Source of the DNA: an uncultured delta proteobacterium
Lineage (GTDB): Bacteria > Desulfobacterota > WTBG01 > CAIYCZ01
DNA: 26,830 bases
Assembly: GCA_963803975.1 (NCBI GenBank)
Contig: CAWDOY010000044.1
Coordinates: forward strand, 1 to 26,830
Direction: 5' to 3'
Positions 10,660-21,059 of the stretch are shown here, one piece after another. Position 1 is the stretch's first letter, and the number at the start of each line of letters is the position of its first letter. Position numbers and translations under genes: made by a program. The notes under the pieces were generated by a model. That model was not told where the DNA came from. It made no database searches and worked only from the letters and a program-made list of their open reading frames with translations.

Positions 10660-11385
10660 TTACTCCTCTATTTCATAGGTTAATTTTCTTTTTTTCATCC
10701 AGCAGACCGCGAGCAGGTCAATAAATGAGCGCACCACCCGGTTGCGTATATTATACTTGGGCGTGCCGAACTTTCGCGGCCGGTGATTGACCGGTATCTC
10801 GGCGACCGTGCCTCCCTCCATTTTAATAAGCGTGGGGAAGAAGCGGTGCATGCCGGTAAAGAGCTGCATCTTTTTAGCGTACACGCTTCTGAAAGCCTTC
10901 AGCGAGCAGCCGACGTCTTTTATGGTCTCGCCGCTCAGCCGGTTTCTCACGCTGTTGGCAATGCGTGATGAAATGCGCCGGACGAATGTGTCATTTCTCT
11001 TTTGCCGCCAGCCGCATACCGCGTCAGCGTCCCCGATTTTCTCCAGCAGTTTCGGGATATCGTGCGGGTCATTCTGCAGGTCAGCGTCCATGGTGACAAT
11101 CACTTCTCCCAGTGCCGCCCTGATCCCCGCGTCAAACGCTGCAGTCTGGCCGCTGTTTTTCCTGAATTTGATAATACGGATGGACGGGTTGTTTTTTTGC
11201 AGCTCTTTAAGCAGAGCGTAACTTTTATCTTTTGACCCGTCATCGACATAGATGACCTCGAAGGTTTTACTGAGGCCCTGCAGGACCTCCACCAACTCAG
11301 CGTTGAGGGGGCCTACATTCTCCTCCTCGTTGTAAACCGGAATCACCAACGATAAATAAGGCAATCTTCCGTGTTGTGAATCCAT
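10660..11385 (-). CDS. GT2 polyprenol-phosphate glycosyltransferase (ArnC/DPM-like, no C-terminal TMs)
   Basis: Motifs VIPVYNEE, VDDGSKD, NSGQTAA, MDADLQNDP, DVGCSLK, GMHRF and VNHRPR; GGGAG RBS upstream. Confidence 0.92.
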   Translation of the reverse strand: MDSQHGRLPYLSLVIPVYNEEENVGPLNAELVEVLQGLSKTFEVIYVDDGSKDKSYALLKELQKNNPSIRIIKFRKNSGQTAAFDAGIRAALGEVIVTMDADLQNDPHDIPKLLEKIGDADAVCGWRQKRNDTFVRRISSRIANSVRNRLSGETIKDVGCSLKAFRSVYAKKMQLFTGMHRFFPTLIKMEGGTVAEIPVNHRPRKFGTPKYNIRNRVVRSFIDLLAVCWMKKRKLTYEIEE

Positions 11386-11580
11386 TGTCTCTATTCGCTC
11401 CCTTGATAATCTTAATTCTTTTGAAAAACATCTATAGTATCATAGCATTAATTTATAATTAAACCGCAATTAAAATTATTTAATGTATAATTGTGTTCCA
11501 GTGAAGCAGCATGGTTAGGTTGGTAATAAGAATAGAATATTGATGAGTTGTAAGCCAATGATGAGATAAAGGAAGAAGCT

Positions 11581-12282
11581 CTAAACAAGGCCCAAACGTA
11601 TTTTCAAAATCATCAGCATGCCGCTCAAAAGCCTGCCGATAGTCAGCTTGGACTGATCATGTATCCGGTCAACAAAATCAATGGGAACTTCAGCGATGGT
11701 AAACCCCTGTCTGAAAGCCCGGTAAAGCAGCTCGTGAACAATTGAAGGGCCTTGTGATTGCAGGGATAACGGATCTATTGCCTCAAATACCCGCCTCCTG
11801 AAGCACCGGTAGCCGCTGTTGCAATCACGCAGGGGAAGGCCAAGGACAATGCGGGAGTACCCGTTTGAAAGTTTGCTGATCATATTGCGGGCGACTGATT
11901 GCCGGGAGTCTTTGCCCCCGGCAATGTAGCGCGAGCCAATGACCACATCATAGGTTTTTGCGGCCTCGATTAACGAGGGAATAAAACGGGGATCGTGGGA
12001 CAGGTCGCCGTCCATTTCTATGATAAGCTCCGCGCCGTGGACAAAGGCATAGTGAAAGGCATCCCGGCCGGCGCTGCCGCGGCCTTTGTCTGTTTTCCGG
12101 TGGAGCAGGTGGATGGCGGGGTTAGTCCGGGACAGCTCCTGAACTATCTGCCAGGTACCATCAGGGGAATCATCGTCAGCGACAACTGCTTCTATTCCCT
12201 GCCCGAGCGCGGCAATATTATTCAGCAGCGTGCCGATGTTCTCTTTTTCATTGTACGTGCTGATGGTTACCATGGTTTTCAT
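11581..12282 (-). CDS. GT2 polyprenol monophosphomannose synthase-like (DPM1-like)
   Basis: Motifs TYNEKEN, DDDSPDGT, MDGDLSHDP, GSRY and DCNSGYRC; start overlaps the upstream GT9 stop (ATGA). Confidence 0.9.
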   Translation of the reverse strand: MKTMVTISTYNEKENIGTLLNNIAALGQGIEAVVADDDSPDGTWQIVQELSRTNPAIHLLHRKTDKGRGSAGRDAFHYAFVHGAELIIEMDGDLSHDPRFIPSLIEAAKTYDVVIGSRYIAGGKDSRQSVARNMISKLSNGYSRIVLGLPLRDCNSGYRCFRRRVFEAIDPLSLQSQGPSIVHELLYRAFRQGFTIAEVPIDFVDRIHDQSKLTIGRLLSGMLMILKIRLGLV

Positions 12283-13384
12283 GAGGAAGTAAGAAGCCTT
12301 TCTGCTGCATGCACTATATCATCAACAGAAATCAGCTCCATGCAGGTGGGACTCCTGTCGCAGGAAGGCAGGTAGCAGCACAGGCACTCTGCCGCGGAAG
12401 AGAATTTTTCACCCCGCTGAAACAGGTCTATCTCATGGGCTGACGTGGGACCGAATACGGCAAGCACGAGCTTGCGCTGAGCCAGCGCCAGATGCAGGGC
12501 CAGCGTGTCACCGGTAATAACCAGGCGGCACTGGTTGACAATGCCGGCAAACTCCCGCAGGCTGTGGCTGCAGCCGCTGTCAGGAACGCCGGTGAGACAG
12601 GACAGCCGGGCGTTTTTATCCACCTCTTCCGGGCCGCCGAGCAGCAGCACCTGGAACGTTGCCGCGAGCTTTTCAATGAGGCTTTTGAGCCCGTCAGACG
12701 GCAGGCTCTTCATCTTCCAGCGCGAGCCGCTACCGGTATTAACGCCGATTACGGGCCGCGAGGGGTCAAGCCCAAGGTTCACCACCAGGTCCCTGCCGCA
12801 GCGGTTCTCCTCTTCGGTTATATAATACTGAGGGGGATGAAGGCGTGCGGCCGGAAGCCCGCACAGCTCAAGCAGTATCTGCTGGTATGATTTACGATTT
12901 TCTTTTTTCAGCCGGTCATTAAGCCCCATGTAAAACCATTCTTTCGCGCTCTCATTGAGCGGGAAAAGAGCACCGGCAGCATCGATGCTGAAGCCGCGTT
13001 TATCTGCAGCACGGGCCAGAGCGCACAGGGCACCACTGTCCCGTGACATATCAAGGCCCAGCACCAGGTCAAATTTCCGCACCAGCAGCTGGCTCAACGC
13101 ACCGGATTCAAGCACCAGCAGTTCATCAAGAAGGGGGTTATGGGCGATGAGCTCAACTGCCTCGCGGCGCGTTATCCAGGAGATGAAACAGGCAGGATGC
13201 TCTTCCCGCAGGGCAGGTAAAACAGAGGTGGTCCTCAGCACGTCTCCCATTGAGTCAAGTTTAATAATAAGAATGCGCAGGGAAACCGGCTCATAGGAAG
13301 TGCACGTTTCGCACTGTGCGCCATTTTTTTTGTGGCGCACGGCTTGCTTCCTATAAAATAGCGGCAATCAGTATGTATTTTCAT
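12279..13384 (-). CDS. GT9 family (LPS heptosyltransferase-like) glycosyltransferase; frameshift near 13338
   Basis: Motifs IIKLDSMGDVLRTT, LLGGPEE, ITGDTLALHLA and FGPT. The likely start MKIHTDCRYFIGSKPC at 13384 is in a different frame from the body. Confidence 0.88.
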
Positions 13385-13546
13385 AGCAATGCGGTCAGTT
13401 GTTTAGTCCTTATAAATTTTGCGTAATGAAGAAAATTAGAAATCGGAATCAGGAAATAATGTTATTCATTTATCACCAGAGTCATGAGTTCCAGATAATC
13501 ACTTTAATTTGCAGTTATGGTTTTATTCGATTCCGGCTTATCCGGG

Positions 13547-15172
13547 TTAGGGCTTTCTGTTCGATACGAGCGCGAAATAGCCCTCCTGGTCAACAAGATA
13601 GTAGGGACTATGCAACACTTGCTTGATTTTATCAAGGGTCTTGATGCTGATAAGGCAGAATACCGGCTGCGGCGAGCTCAGGTAGGCGGCCAGCTCTTCC
13701 TTTGTTTCGATGACGACAGCGCGCCGCTCGCTGTAAAATATAACAGACTCCCTGAGGTCCCGGTAGAAAACAGCCGGCTCTCCCGGCGGCAGTATGTGCT
13801 TCATTCTGAGAGCAAGCTCCCGCGCTGATTTGAAGTGACTGACTTCAGGGAGCACGAAAATTTTAGCGGCGGTGAATATAATCACCATCATGGCCACCAG
13901 GGAGAAAAAAGAGGAGAGAGTGTTTCCTCTCCGGTTCAGCATTAAAAACACTACAGCAAAGAAAAGCAGGGCGGCACAGCCCAGAACAGTCTGAACCGTG
14001 TAGAGCGGATACCGGCTGTAGACGTAGACAATGCCGAAGCCGGATACCGCCAGAATGAAAAAAAAGAAGACCAGCGAGCAATTCTTCAGGTGCCGTGCCC
14101 AGGATGCGCCGGCTTCAGGCCGCAGCCCGGCTTCCCAGAACCTCCCGACCAGGATTGCCAGAGCAGGAAAGACCGGGAGAATATAGGTGGGGAGCTTGGA
14201 GCGGGAGAGGCTGAAGAAGATGATCGGCGCCACCGCGGCAAGCAGCAGAAAAAAAGAGTCGTTGTCTTTTCTTCGGCGGAAGCTCTGGAAATGCAGGTAC
14301 AGGGCCGAGGGGATAAACACCGACCAGGGGAAAAACCCTGCTGCCAGCATTTGAATATAGAAGTAGAACGGCTCCCGGTGACCGGATTTACGGGAAAAAA
14401 AACGGGCTATGTTGCCCTTGATGAGAAATGCCTGCAGGTAATCGTCGTGGCGCAGGGCCATGATGATATACCAGGGAAGAGCTATGATGAGAAAAATTGC
14501 AGCGCCGGTAACAATGTTCCGGTTCAGGATAAGGCGCCACTGCTTTGTTTTCAGCAGGTAGAGGAAGATGATGAGCCCGGGCAGGAGCAGGCCGATGGGG
14601 CCTTTCGTAAGCACCGCGCCGCCCAGCGCGGCATAGAAGCAGACAAACGTGATTCTGGTGAAGCCGTTCTCGCGGGATGCCCGGTGAAACAGAAAAAGAG
14701 CAATGCTTATGAACAGTGACAGCGCCAGGTCATGGATGATGTTTTGAGAAAGCACCACATACTCAACGCTGGTTGCGAGCACGAGCGCGGACAGCAGCGC
14801 CGCGAAACTGCCGTACAGGGTTCGCGCCCACACATAGACGAGCAGCGCGCCGAGCATTCCCAGCATTGCGGACGGAAGGCGTGCGGCCAGCTCATTGACG
14901 CCCAGCAGCAGATAACTGCCTATGACCAGCCAGAAATGAAAAACCGGCTTGTCATAGAAGTTTTCGCCGTTGAAAACCGGCGTGCACCAGTCTCCCCGCT
15001 GGAGCATCTCTTTTGCCACCTGGGCATGCATTGCTTCATCATATTCCCAGAGCGGCCTTTGGCCAAGCTTGTAAAAAAACAGTACCAGGCAGACTATGGC
15101 GATAAGAAGGATAAACAGTATCTCTTTTCTGCTGAATGCATTATCTCTCAAGGGCAATCCTTTCCCGGTCAC
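13547..15172 (-). CDS. ArnT/GT83-like glycosyltransferase (intact, 541 aa)
   Basis: Motifs EYDEAMHAQVAKEM, DKPVFHFW, TKGPIG, HREPFYFY and SKLPTYILPVFP. Confidence 0.93.
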   Translation of the reverse strand: MTGKGLPLRDNAFSRKEILFILLIAIVCLVLFFYKLGQRPLWEYDEAMHAQVAKEMLQRGDWCTPVFNGENFYDKPVFHFWLVIGSYLLLGVNELAARLPSAMLGMLGALLVYVWARTLYGSFAALLSALVLATSVEYVVLSQNIIHDLALSLFISIALFLFHRASRENGFTRITFVCFYAALGGAVLTKGPIGLLLPGLIIFLYLLKTKQWRLILNRNIVTGAAIFLIIALPWYIIMALRHDDYLQAFLIKGNIARFFSRKSGHREPFYFYIQMLAAGFFPWSVFIPSALYLHFQSFRRRKDNDSFFLLLAAVAPIIFFSLSRSKLPTYILPVFPALAILVGRFWEAGLRPEAGASWARHLKNCSLVFFFFILAVSGFGIVYVYSRYPLYTVQTVLGCAALLFFAVVFLMLNRRGNTLSSFFSLVAMMVIIFTAAKIFVLPEVSHFKSARELALRMKHILPPGEPAVFYRDLRESVIFYSERRAVVIETKEELAAYLSSPQPVFCLISIKTLDKIKQVLHSPYYLVDQEGYFALVSNRKP

Positions 15173-15337
15173 TATCGGTGCAATGAATGAGTGCAGGTAT
15201 GCAGCAATTAGAACTTTTATAACTATAATAAAATCTGTCAGCCATCAAGGACAAAATACCCTCCTTGATCCAGACCCGTGTGCATACCGATTGCTCATGA
15301 CAATAAAAACCTGTGTTAAAATCCTCGACTCTTACGG

Positions 15338-15343
15338 TATAAT
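15338..15343 (+). promoter_or_regulatory. Candidate sigma70 -10 element for the APC permease
   Basis: TATAAT about 30 nt upstream of ATG 15372 in the divergent intergenic region; the -35 match is weak. Confidence 0.4.
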
Positions 15344-15371
15344 CTGCTATCAAATTTAATTTTACCTTACG

Positions 15372-17382
15372 ATGGAACGGGATATGAACGAAAAACAACC
15401 GCTGTTAAAACGGCTGAAAACAATTATTATCGGAGATCCGCACAGCCCCCATGATCAACGGATATTTCATCAGCTTTCCCTGATAGCATTTTTTGCCTGG
15501 GTGGGGCTTGGAGCTGACGGATTGTCATCGTCCTGCTATGGTCCGCAGGAAGCATTTCTGGCGTTGCAGGGGCACGAGTATCTGGCTATCTTTGTTGCTC
15601 TGGGAACGGCAATCACGATTTTTGTCATCTGCGCCAGCTATAATCAAATCATTGAATTATTTCCCACCGGCGGCGGCGGCTATCTGGTTGCCAGCAAACT
15701 GCTGTCGCCGCAGCTTGGCATGATTGCCGGCTGCGCGCTCCTTATTGATTACATGCTGACGATTACGGTATCGATTGCCAGCGGTGCAGATGCCATCTTC
15801 AGCTTTCTTCCCGTGTCCTGGCAGGCATATAAAGTCACCTTTGCGCTGGTTGTTATTGTTCTCATCACGGTGTTGAATCTGCGCGGGGTAAAAGAGTCAG
15901 TCCTGCCCCTGGTGCCCATTTTTATCATCTTTGTCATAACGCATGTCTTTGCCATTCTTTACACCCTGTTTACCCATTGGCTGAACTTATCTGAAGTTGC
16001 CAGCGCAACAGTTGTTGAAATCCAGAGAAGCCGGACAGAGCTCGGGCTTGCAGGAATGTTTTTCCTGATTATGCGTGCCTATAGCATGGGCGCCGGAACG
16101 TATACCGGCATTGAAGCGGTGAGCAACAGCCTTCCCTTACTCCGGGAGCCGAAGGTGCAGACGGCGCATCGCACCATGCGCTATATGGCGTTTTCGCTGG
16201 CCTTCACGGTGGTGGGGCTCATGCTTGCGTTTCTCCTGTACCGGGTTGATTTCCAGGCCGGCAAGACCCTGAATGCCGTATTTTTTGAACGCCTGACAGC
16301 AGGGTGGGGTACATCAGGCTACCTGTTCTTGCTGGTGACCCTCATTTCAGAAGCAACTATACTGTTTGTTGCAGCCCAGACCGGTTTTTTGGGCGGCCCG
16401 CAGGTGCTGTCAAATATGGCGCTGGACCGGTGGGTGCCAACACGCTTTACCATGCTGAGCGACCGGCTCGTAACACAGAACGGCATTCTGATCATGGGTG
16501 TCTCGGCATTTCTGATGATGATTTTCACCCAGGGCTCCGTGCAGTTTCTGGTTGTGCTTTACAGTATCAACGTTTTTATTACTTTTGCCCTGTCACAGCT
16601 CGGCATGGTGCGGCACTGGCTGCAGGTCAGAGCGGAAGCACTCAAGCTGGAAGAAAAAGCTTTTTGTAAATGGCGTGGGGTTGTCCCTCACCCTGTTTAT
16701 TCTTATTTCCGTGGTCACAATCAAATTTAATGAAGGGGGCTGGATCACGCTGCTGGTCACCGGGACACTGGTTGTCCTGTGTTTTGCCACCAAGCGGCAC
16801 TACAGCAAAACATCACAGCTTCTTCAGAGGCTGGATAACCTCATCGTTGATGTGGTTGAATCTACCAAGCCAAAATATAATCTGGAATCAGCAGCAGAGT
16901 TAAAACAGCCGTCGGGATTTGACCCCCGGGAGAAGACTGCCGTGGTGCTGGTGAGCGGTTTTAACGGCATGGGACTGCACACGCTGTTTGGTGTTTTACG
17001 GACCTTTGAAGGAGTTTTTAAAAATTATGTTTTTGTTCTTGTGGGCGCGGTTGATACCGGAAGTTTCAAGGGAGCAGAGCAGATAGAACAGCTTCAGGCC
17101 CACATAAAATCCGAGATAAACCGCTATGTGCTCTTTATGCGCAGACAGGGATTTTGTGCTGACGGATACAGCTCCATTGCTGTTGATGTAGTGGATGAGA
17201 TTGCCCAGCTTGCACCGAAAATACTGGAGGTGTATCCGCAGGCGGTTTTCTTCGGCGGGCAGCTGGTATTCCCTGAAGACCCGTTCTTGTCCCGGTGGCT
17301 CCATAACTACACGATTTTTACCATCCAGAAACGGCTCTATCAGCAGGGGATGCTGGTGGTGATCATGCCGATACGAGTGTAA
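15372..17382 (+). CDS. APC-superfamily permease, KimA/YdaO-like (possible K+ transporter); frameshift near 16645
   Basis: Motifs ADGLSSSCYG, GGGGY, LLIDYMLT, YTGIEAVSN and KFNEGGW plus a cytoplasmic C-terminal domain. ORFs 15372-16730 and 16552-17382 are the two halves. Confidence 0.85.
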
Positions 17383-17512
17383 GGCAACAGGCAATAGTGA
17401 ACAGTGGATGGTGAATAGGCAATGGCAAAAGGGAAAAGTGGAAAGTGAAAGGTGAAACGAGTCACGGGGCACGGGTCACGAGTCACTATTTTAAGGTGAA
17501 TAGGTAAAACAG
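17383..17512 (+). repeat. Intergenic degenerate 7-mer tandem array
   Basis: ggcaaca ggcaata gtgaaca gtggatg gtgaata ggcaatg ... gtggaaa gtgaaag gtgaaac gagtcac ggggcac gggtcac gagtcac, starting immediately after the stop codon. Confidence 0.85.
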
Positions 17513-17521
17513 GAATTCAAC

Positions 17522-18711
17522 GTGTCCAGGGCTGGTGACAATAACAAGAGCGTTGCTTTTCAGTTTATTCTTCTTATGGGCGTGGTAAGCCTGTTCGGGG
17601 ATATCACCTATGAGGGAGCGCGAAGCATTACCGGGCCCGTATATGGCTATGCTGGGAGCCACGGCCGGCATTGTGGGACTGGTCGCGGGCATAGGAGAAT
17701 TCAGCGGCTATGCGCTGCGGTTATTGTCCGGCTATTTTGCGGACCGCACCAGGGCCTACTGGCCTCTGACCATCGCCGGCTATGGATTGATCCTGGCCAT
17801 TCCGCTGATGGCGCTGGCCAATAACTGGCAGGTTGCAGCTGTTCTTGTGATCCTTGAGCGGATGGGCAAGGCAATCCGCTCACCTGCCCGCGATGCGATA
17901 CTGTCCCATGCAACCAAGCAGGTGGGAAGGGGTTGGGGCTTCGGCATTCATGAGGCAATGGATCAGATCGGGGCAATTGCCGGCCCGCTGATTTTTACCG
18001 CGGTTATTATTTTTAAAGGCAACTACCGCACCGGTTTTAACATCCTGTGGGTCCCTGCGTTTCTCACGCTCGCCATGGTTATTGCCGCGCGGATGAAAGT
18101 GCCGTCACCGGAAAAACTGGAGCAACCAGACGCGGCAGCCATTTCTGCTCCTGACGGCTCACGGTTGCCAAAAGTCTTCTGGCTTTACGCTGCGTTCATA
18201 TTTCTGAGCGTGGGAGGGTTTGCCCATTTTCAGATCATCTCCTATCATCTGAAAATCCGGGCTGTTGTTTCAGACGCGCAGATACCGTTATTTTATGCCA
18301 TTGCCATGGGCGTGGACGGCGTGGTTGCGCTCATAATAGGCAAAGCCTATGACAAGATCGGCCTGAAAACCCTGATAAGCATTCCTCTTCTGACCCTGCT
18401 CATACCTTTTTTTGCGTTTTCTTCCAGCTATGGATTTGCGCTGTTTGGCATAATTCTCTGGGGGGCGGTGATGGGTATTCATGAGACCATCATGCGCGCG
18501 GCAATCGCGGACCTGATTCCCATAGCGCGGCGCGGCTCGGCATACGGGATATTTAACACGGTCTACGGCGTGTGCATTCCTGGTCGGTTCGGCGGTGATG
18601 GGATTCCTCTATGATAAGGCGCCGGGAGCTATCTCTGCCTTTGTGGTGCTTCTGGAAGTGGTTTCAGTGCCGATTCTGTTCGCGATTTTGAGGGAGCTGC
18701 GGCACCGCTGA
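17522..18711 (+). CDS. MFS transporter; frameshifts near 17637 and 18572
   Basis: MGVVSLFGDITYEGARS, SGYFADRT, ERMGKAIRSPARD, GKAYDKIG and RRGSAYGIFN. The corrected C-terminus AFLVGSAVMGFLYD...RELRHR ends at 18711. Confidence 0.88.
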
Positions 18712-18863
18712 TAACAATTCTTCATAAAGACCGGGGCAGGTATTGTTAATTACACTATCTGCGGGTATCGTTGAGCAATAACAGAGAAATGCATCAATTG
18801 CCGGGAAAAAAGGTTAATGACAATGAATCTTACTTTCAGCACTAAGAAACGGGGATAGATCTC

Positions 18864-20882
18864 TTGTATAACATTCCACAACTTCTTCCACGGACAACGT
18901 TCTGCGTGATCCTGTCGTTTCTTGCGGCGCTGATCCTCACTCTCTATCGAGCATGGCTCTACTATGAGAGGGCGGCGGCGCTCAGCGAGCTTACCCTGAA
19001 GCAGCGTCTCCGCTTGTTCTGGGTCGGGTTTCGCCTGGACTTTGTCATCGTCAGCCGGACCACTATTGCCCTGGTTCTCATCCTGCTGTTTCTACCCGAA
19101 TCGGCTGCGAAAAGCTGCAACATGGTTTTTCGTATCTTCGCGGCAATCGTTTTCTTCGTTATTTTTCTTGTTGAAACAGCAGGGGTCTACTTTTTTCGCT
19201 ACTACGATTTCCGGCCCAACTATCTCGTTCTTGAGTACGGTGCTGATCCAGAAGTGTTTCGTGCAATTTCCAAAGCATATCCTTTATTCCGCATCATAGT
19301 ACTGAGTGTTCTGGGCACTCTGATAGCGTTCTTCATCCTCCCCCGGGCTGTTTATCTCCACGCCGGCAACGATAGCGGGGTTTTCCTCTGGTGGTGGGAC
19401 CGGGTGGGGATTTTTCTCTGTCTTTTGCTGATTGGTTTTGCCACACGGGGCACGCTGTCTCACCGCTCACTGAATCCCAGTTTTGCTGCGGTCTCGCAGA
19501 ACCGCATTGCCAATGAAATCGCCGGATGCGGTATTTTCAACGTTCTGTATGGGTGGGGACATCAGCTGCAGAACGAATTCACCGATCTCAGAACCGTCAT
19601 AAAACTTCTTCCGCCCGCTGAAGCGATGCAACGGGCGCAGGCGGTGCTGTCAGTGCAGGGGCGCTTGACGTATGATGCGCCGAATCCTCTCGTGCGTGTT
19701 ATTAATCCCGGTACGCCAGCACAGCCCTTGAATGTCGTCATGGTGGTCATGGAAAGTTTCACCAACCGGCTCGTTGGCGCGGTTGGCGGCAGCCCGGCCC
19801 TGACACCTGAGTTTGATAAATTGGCCGCCCGGGGCATTCTTCTGGAACAGTGTTATGCGACCGGGGAAAGGACCATTCAGGGATTGGAAGCTGCTGTCTC
19901 ATCGTTTCCGCCGCTTCCCGGCGCCGGAGTTGTGAAGCGGCCGCATGCGCGGCAAAGCTTTGCGACCCTTGCCGGCATCCTGAAAGAACGGGAGTACGAA
20001 ACGCTGTTCCTGTACGGCGGACAGGGTACGTTTGATCACATGCGCGGATTTTTTCTGAACAATGGGTTCAACACGTTTATAGAAGAGAAGGACTTTAAAA
20101 ATCCGATATTTCGTGGCGCCTGGGGCGTCTCGGATGAGGATTTGTTCAGCCGCGCCGATCAGGAATTTCGCAGGCTCACGGAACAGGGCCGTAATTTCTT
20201 CGCCACGATACTCACTGTTTCACTCCATTCACCGTGGGAATATCCATTGGCTCGAATCCAGCCTCTTCAGGCCGGCACACCGGTTCCGCAGGGTTTCGTA
20301 CTGGAGGAGCTGAACAACTTCCTGTACGCGGATTACGCTGTCGGGCAGTTTATGCGAGAGGCTTGCAGCGCTCCCTATTTTGCTGATACCGTGTTTGTAT
20401 TCGTCGGTGATCATGGGGTCCATCTTCGCGGTCGCGATCTGATTCCCGTTGACGATTATCTTGTCCCCGCGCTGTTTTATGCACCCGACCGTCTGCTGCC
20501 GAAGCGTGCCGGCACTGTAACGAGTCAAATCGATCTTCCGCCGACAATCATGGGAATTCTTGGAGGCGAGTATCGAAGCCCGTTTTTTGGCCGCGATGTG
20601 CTGAGTTCAGATGGTGATGCAAATTTCGCTATCATCATCTACAATAAGAAACGGTATGGAATCGTCTCCGGGTCGCAGCTGGTAGTCCTGACCGAAACCG
20701 GAGAGACGCTGGCCTATGAACGCAGCAATGTCAATGCATCATGGCTGCCGGTTACAGTATCATTGCAGCATCAGGAGATCAGCCGTAATGCCAGAGCGTT
20801 GCTTGGCGCTGCTGAAAAGCTTTTGATAAGCGGCTGTTACAACACTGCCGCACACTCAAACAATGTAAAACAGAGTGTCTGA
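18864..20882 (+). CDS. LTA synthase (LtaS)-like sulfatase-fold membrane enzyme
   Basis: N-terminal TMs with GFRLD; motifs NVVMVVMESF, GERTIQG, WGVSDED, SLHSPW, GDHG and SQIDLPPT. The true start may be ATG 18823 with a frameshift. Confidence 0.9.
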   Translation: MYNIPQLLPRTTFCVILSFLAALILTLYRAWLYYERAAALSELTLKQRLRLFWVGFRLDFVIVSRTTIALVLILLFLPESAAKSCNMVFRIFAAIVFFVIFLVETAGVYFFRYYDFRPNYLVLEYGADPEVFRAISKAYPLFRIIVLSVLGTLIAFFILPRAVYLHAGNDSGVFLWWWDRVGIFLCLLLIGFATRGTLSHRSLNPSFAAVSQNRIANEIAGCGIFNVLYGWGHQLQNEFTDLRTVIKLLPPAEAMQRAQAVLSVQGRLTYDAPNPLVRVINPGTPAQPLNVVMVVMESFTNRLVGAVGGSPALTPEFDKLAARGILLEQCYATGERTIQGLEAAVSSFPPLPGAGVVKRPHARQSFATLAGILKEREYETLFLYGGQGTFDHMRGFFLNNGFNTFIEEKDFKNPIFRGAWGVSDEDLFSRADQEFRRLTEQGRNFFATILTVSLHSPWEYPLARIQPLQAGTPVPQGFVLEELNNFLYADYAVGQFMREACSAPYFADTVFVFVGDHGVHLRGRDLIPVDDYLVPALFYAPDRLLPKRAGTVTSQIDLPPTIMGILGGEYRSPFFGRDVLSSDGDANFAIIIYNKKRYGIVSGSQLVVLTETGETLAYERSNVNASWLPVTVSLQHQEISRNARALLGAAEKLLISGCYNTAAHSNNVKQSV

Positions 20883-20950
20883 AACGAGTGGCGAGTAAAG
20901 AGGTAACAGGCAATAGGCACGAGGCAGTAGGCAATAGTGACAGGTGAAAA
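20883..20950 (+). repeat. Intergenic degenerate 7-mer tandem array
   Basis: gagtggc gagtaaag aggtaac aggcaat aggcacg aggcagt aggcaat agtgac aggtgaa directly after the stop codon. Confidence 0.8.
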
Positions 20951-21059
20951 TCCAGTTTGTTAACACTATACATCATCGCCACCTTGAGCAGCTTACAGAT
21001 CAAGCCTCCGGCTCTGCCGAAGGTGCATGCCTGATTCACATTTTAAAAAAGGAGGGGTA

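Noticed and set aside
11400..11580. AT-rich imperfect palindrome (ttaatttataattaa) as an operator
   Set aside because: Expected by chance in very AT-rich DNA; probably an internal promoter region, but no specific site can be supported.
5463..13345. Phase variation of LPS-modifying genes by slippage
   Set aside because: Frameshifts sit in very short runs or non-repeats and also hit transporter genes, so sequencing error is the simpler explanation.
15173..15371. c-di-AMP (ydaO) riboswitch upstream of the KimA-like gene
   Set aside because: No recognisable conserved motifs or GC-rich helices; the region looks like a plain divergent promoter.
17383..17512. CRISPR array or similar repeat-spacer locus
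   Set aside because: Units are contiguous 7-8 nt degenerate repeats with no spacers, and there are no cas genes in the window.
21010..21035. Glycine riboswitch (GCCGAAGGTGCA-like motif)
   Set aside because: The upstream GGAGA and downstream CTCTCAGG elements are absent.
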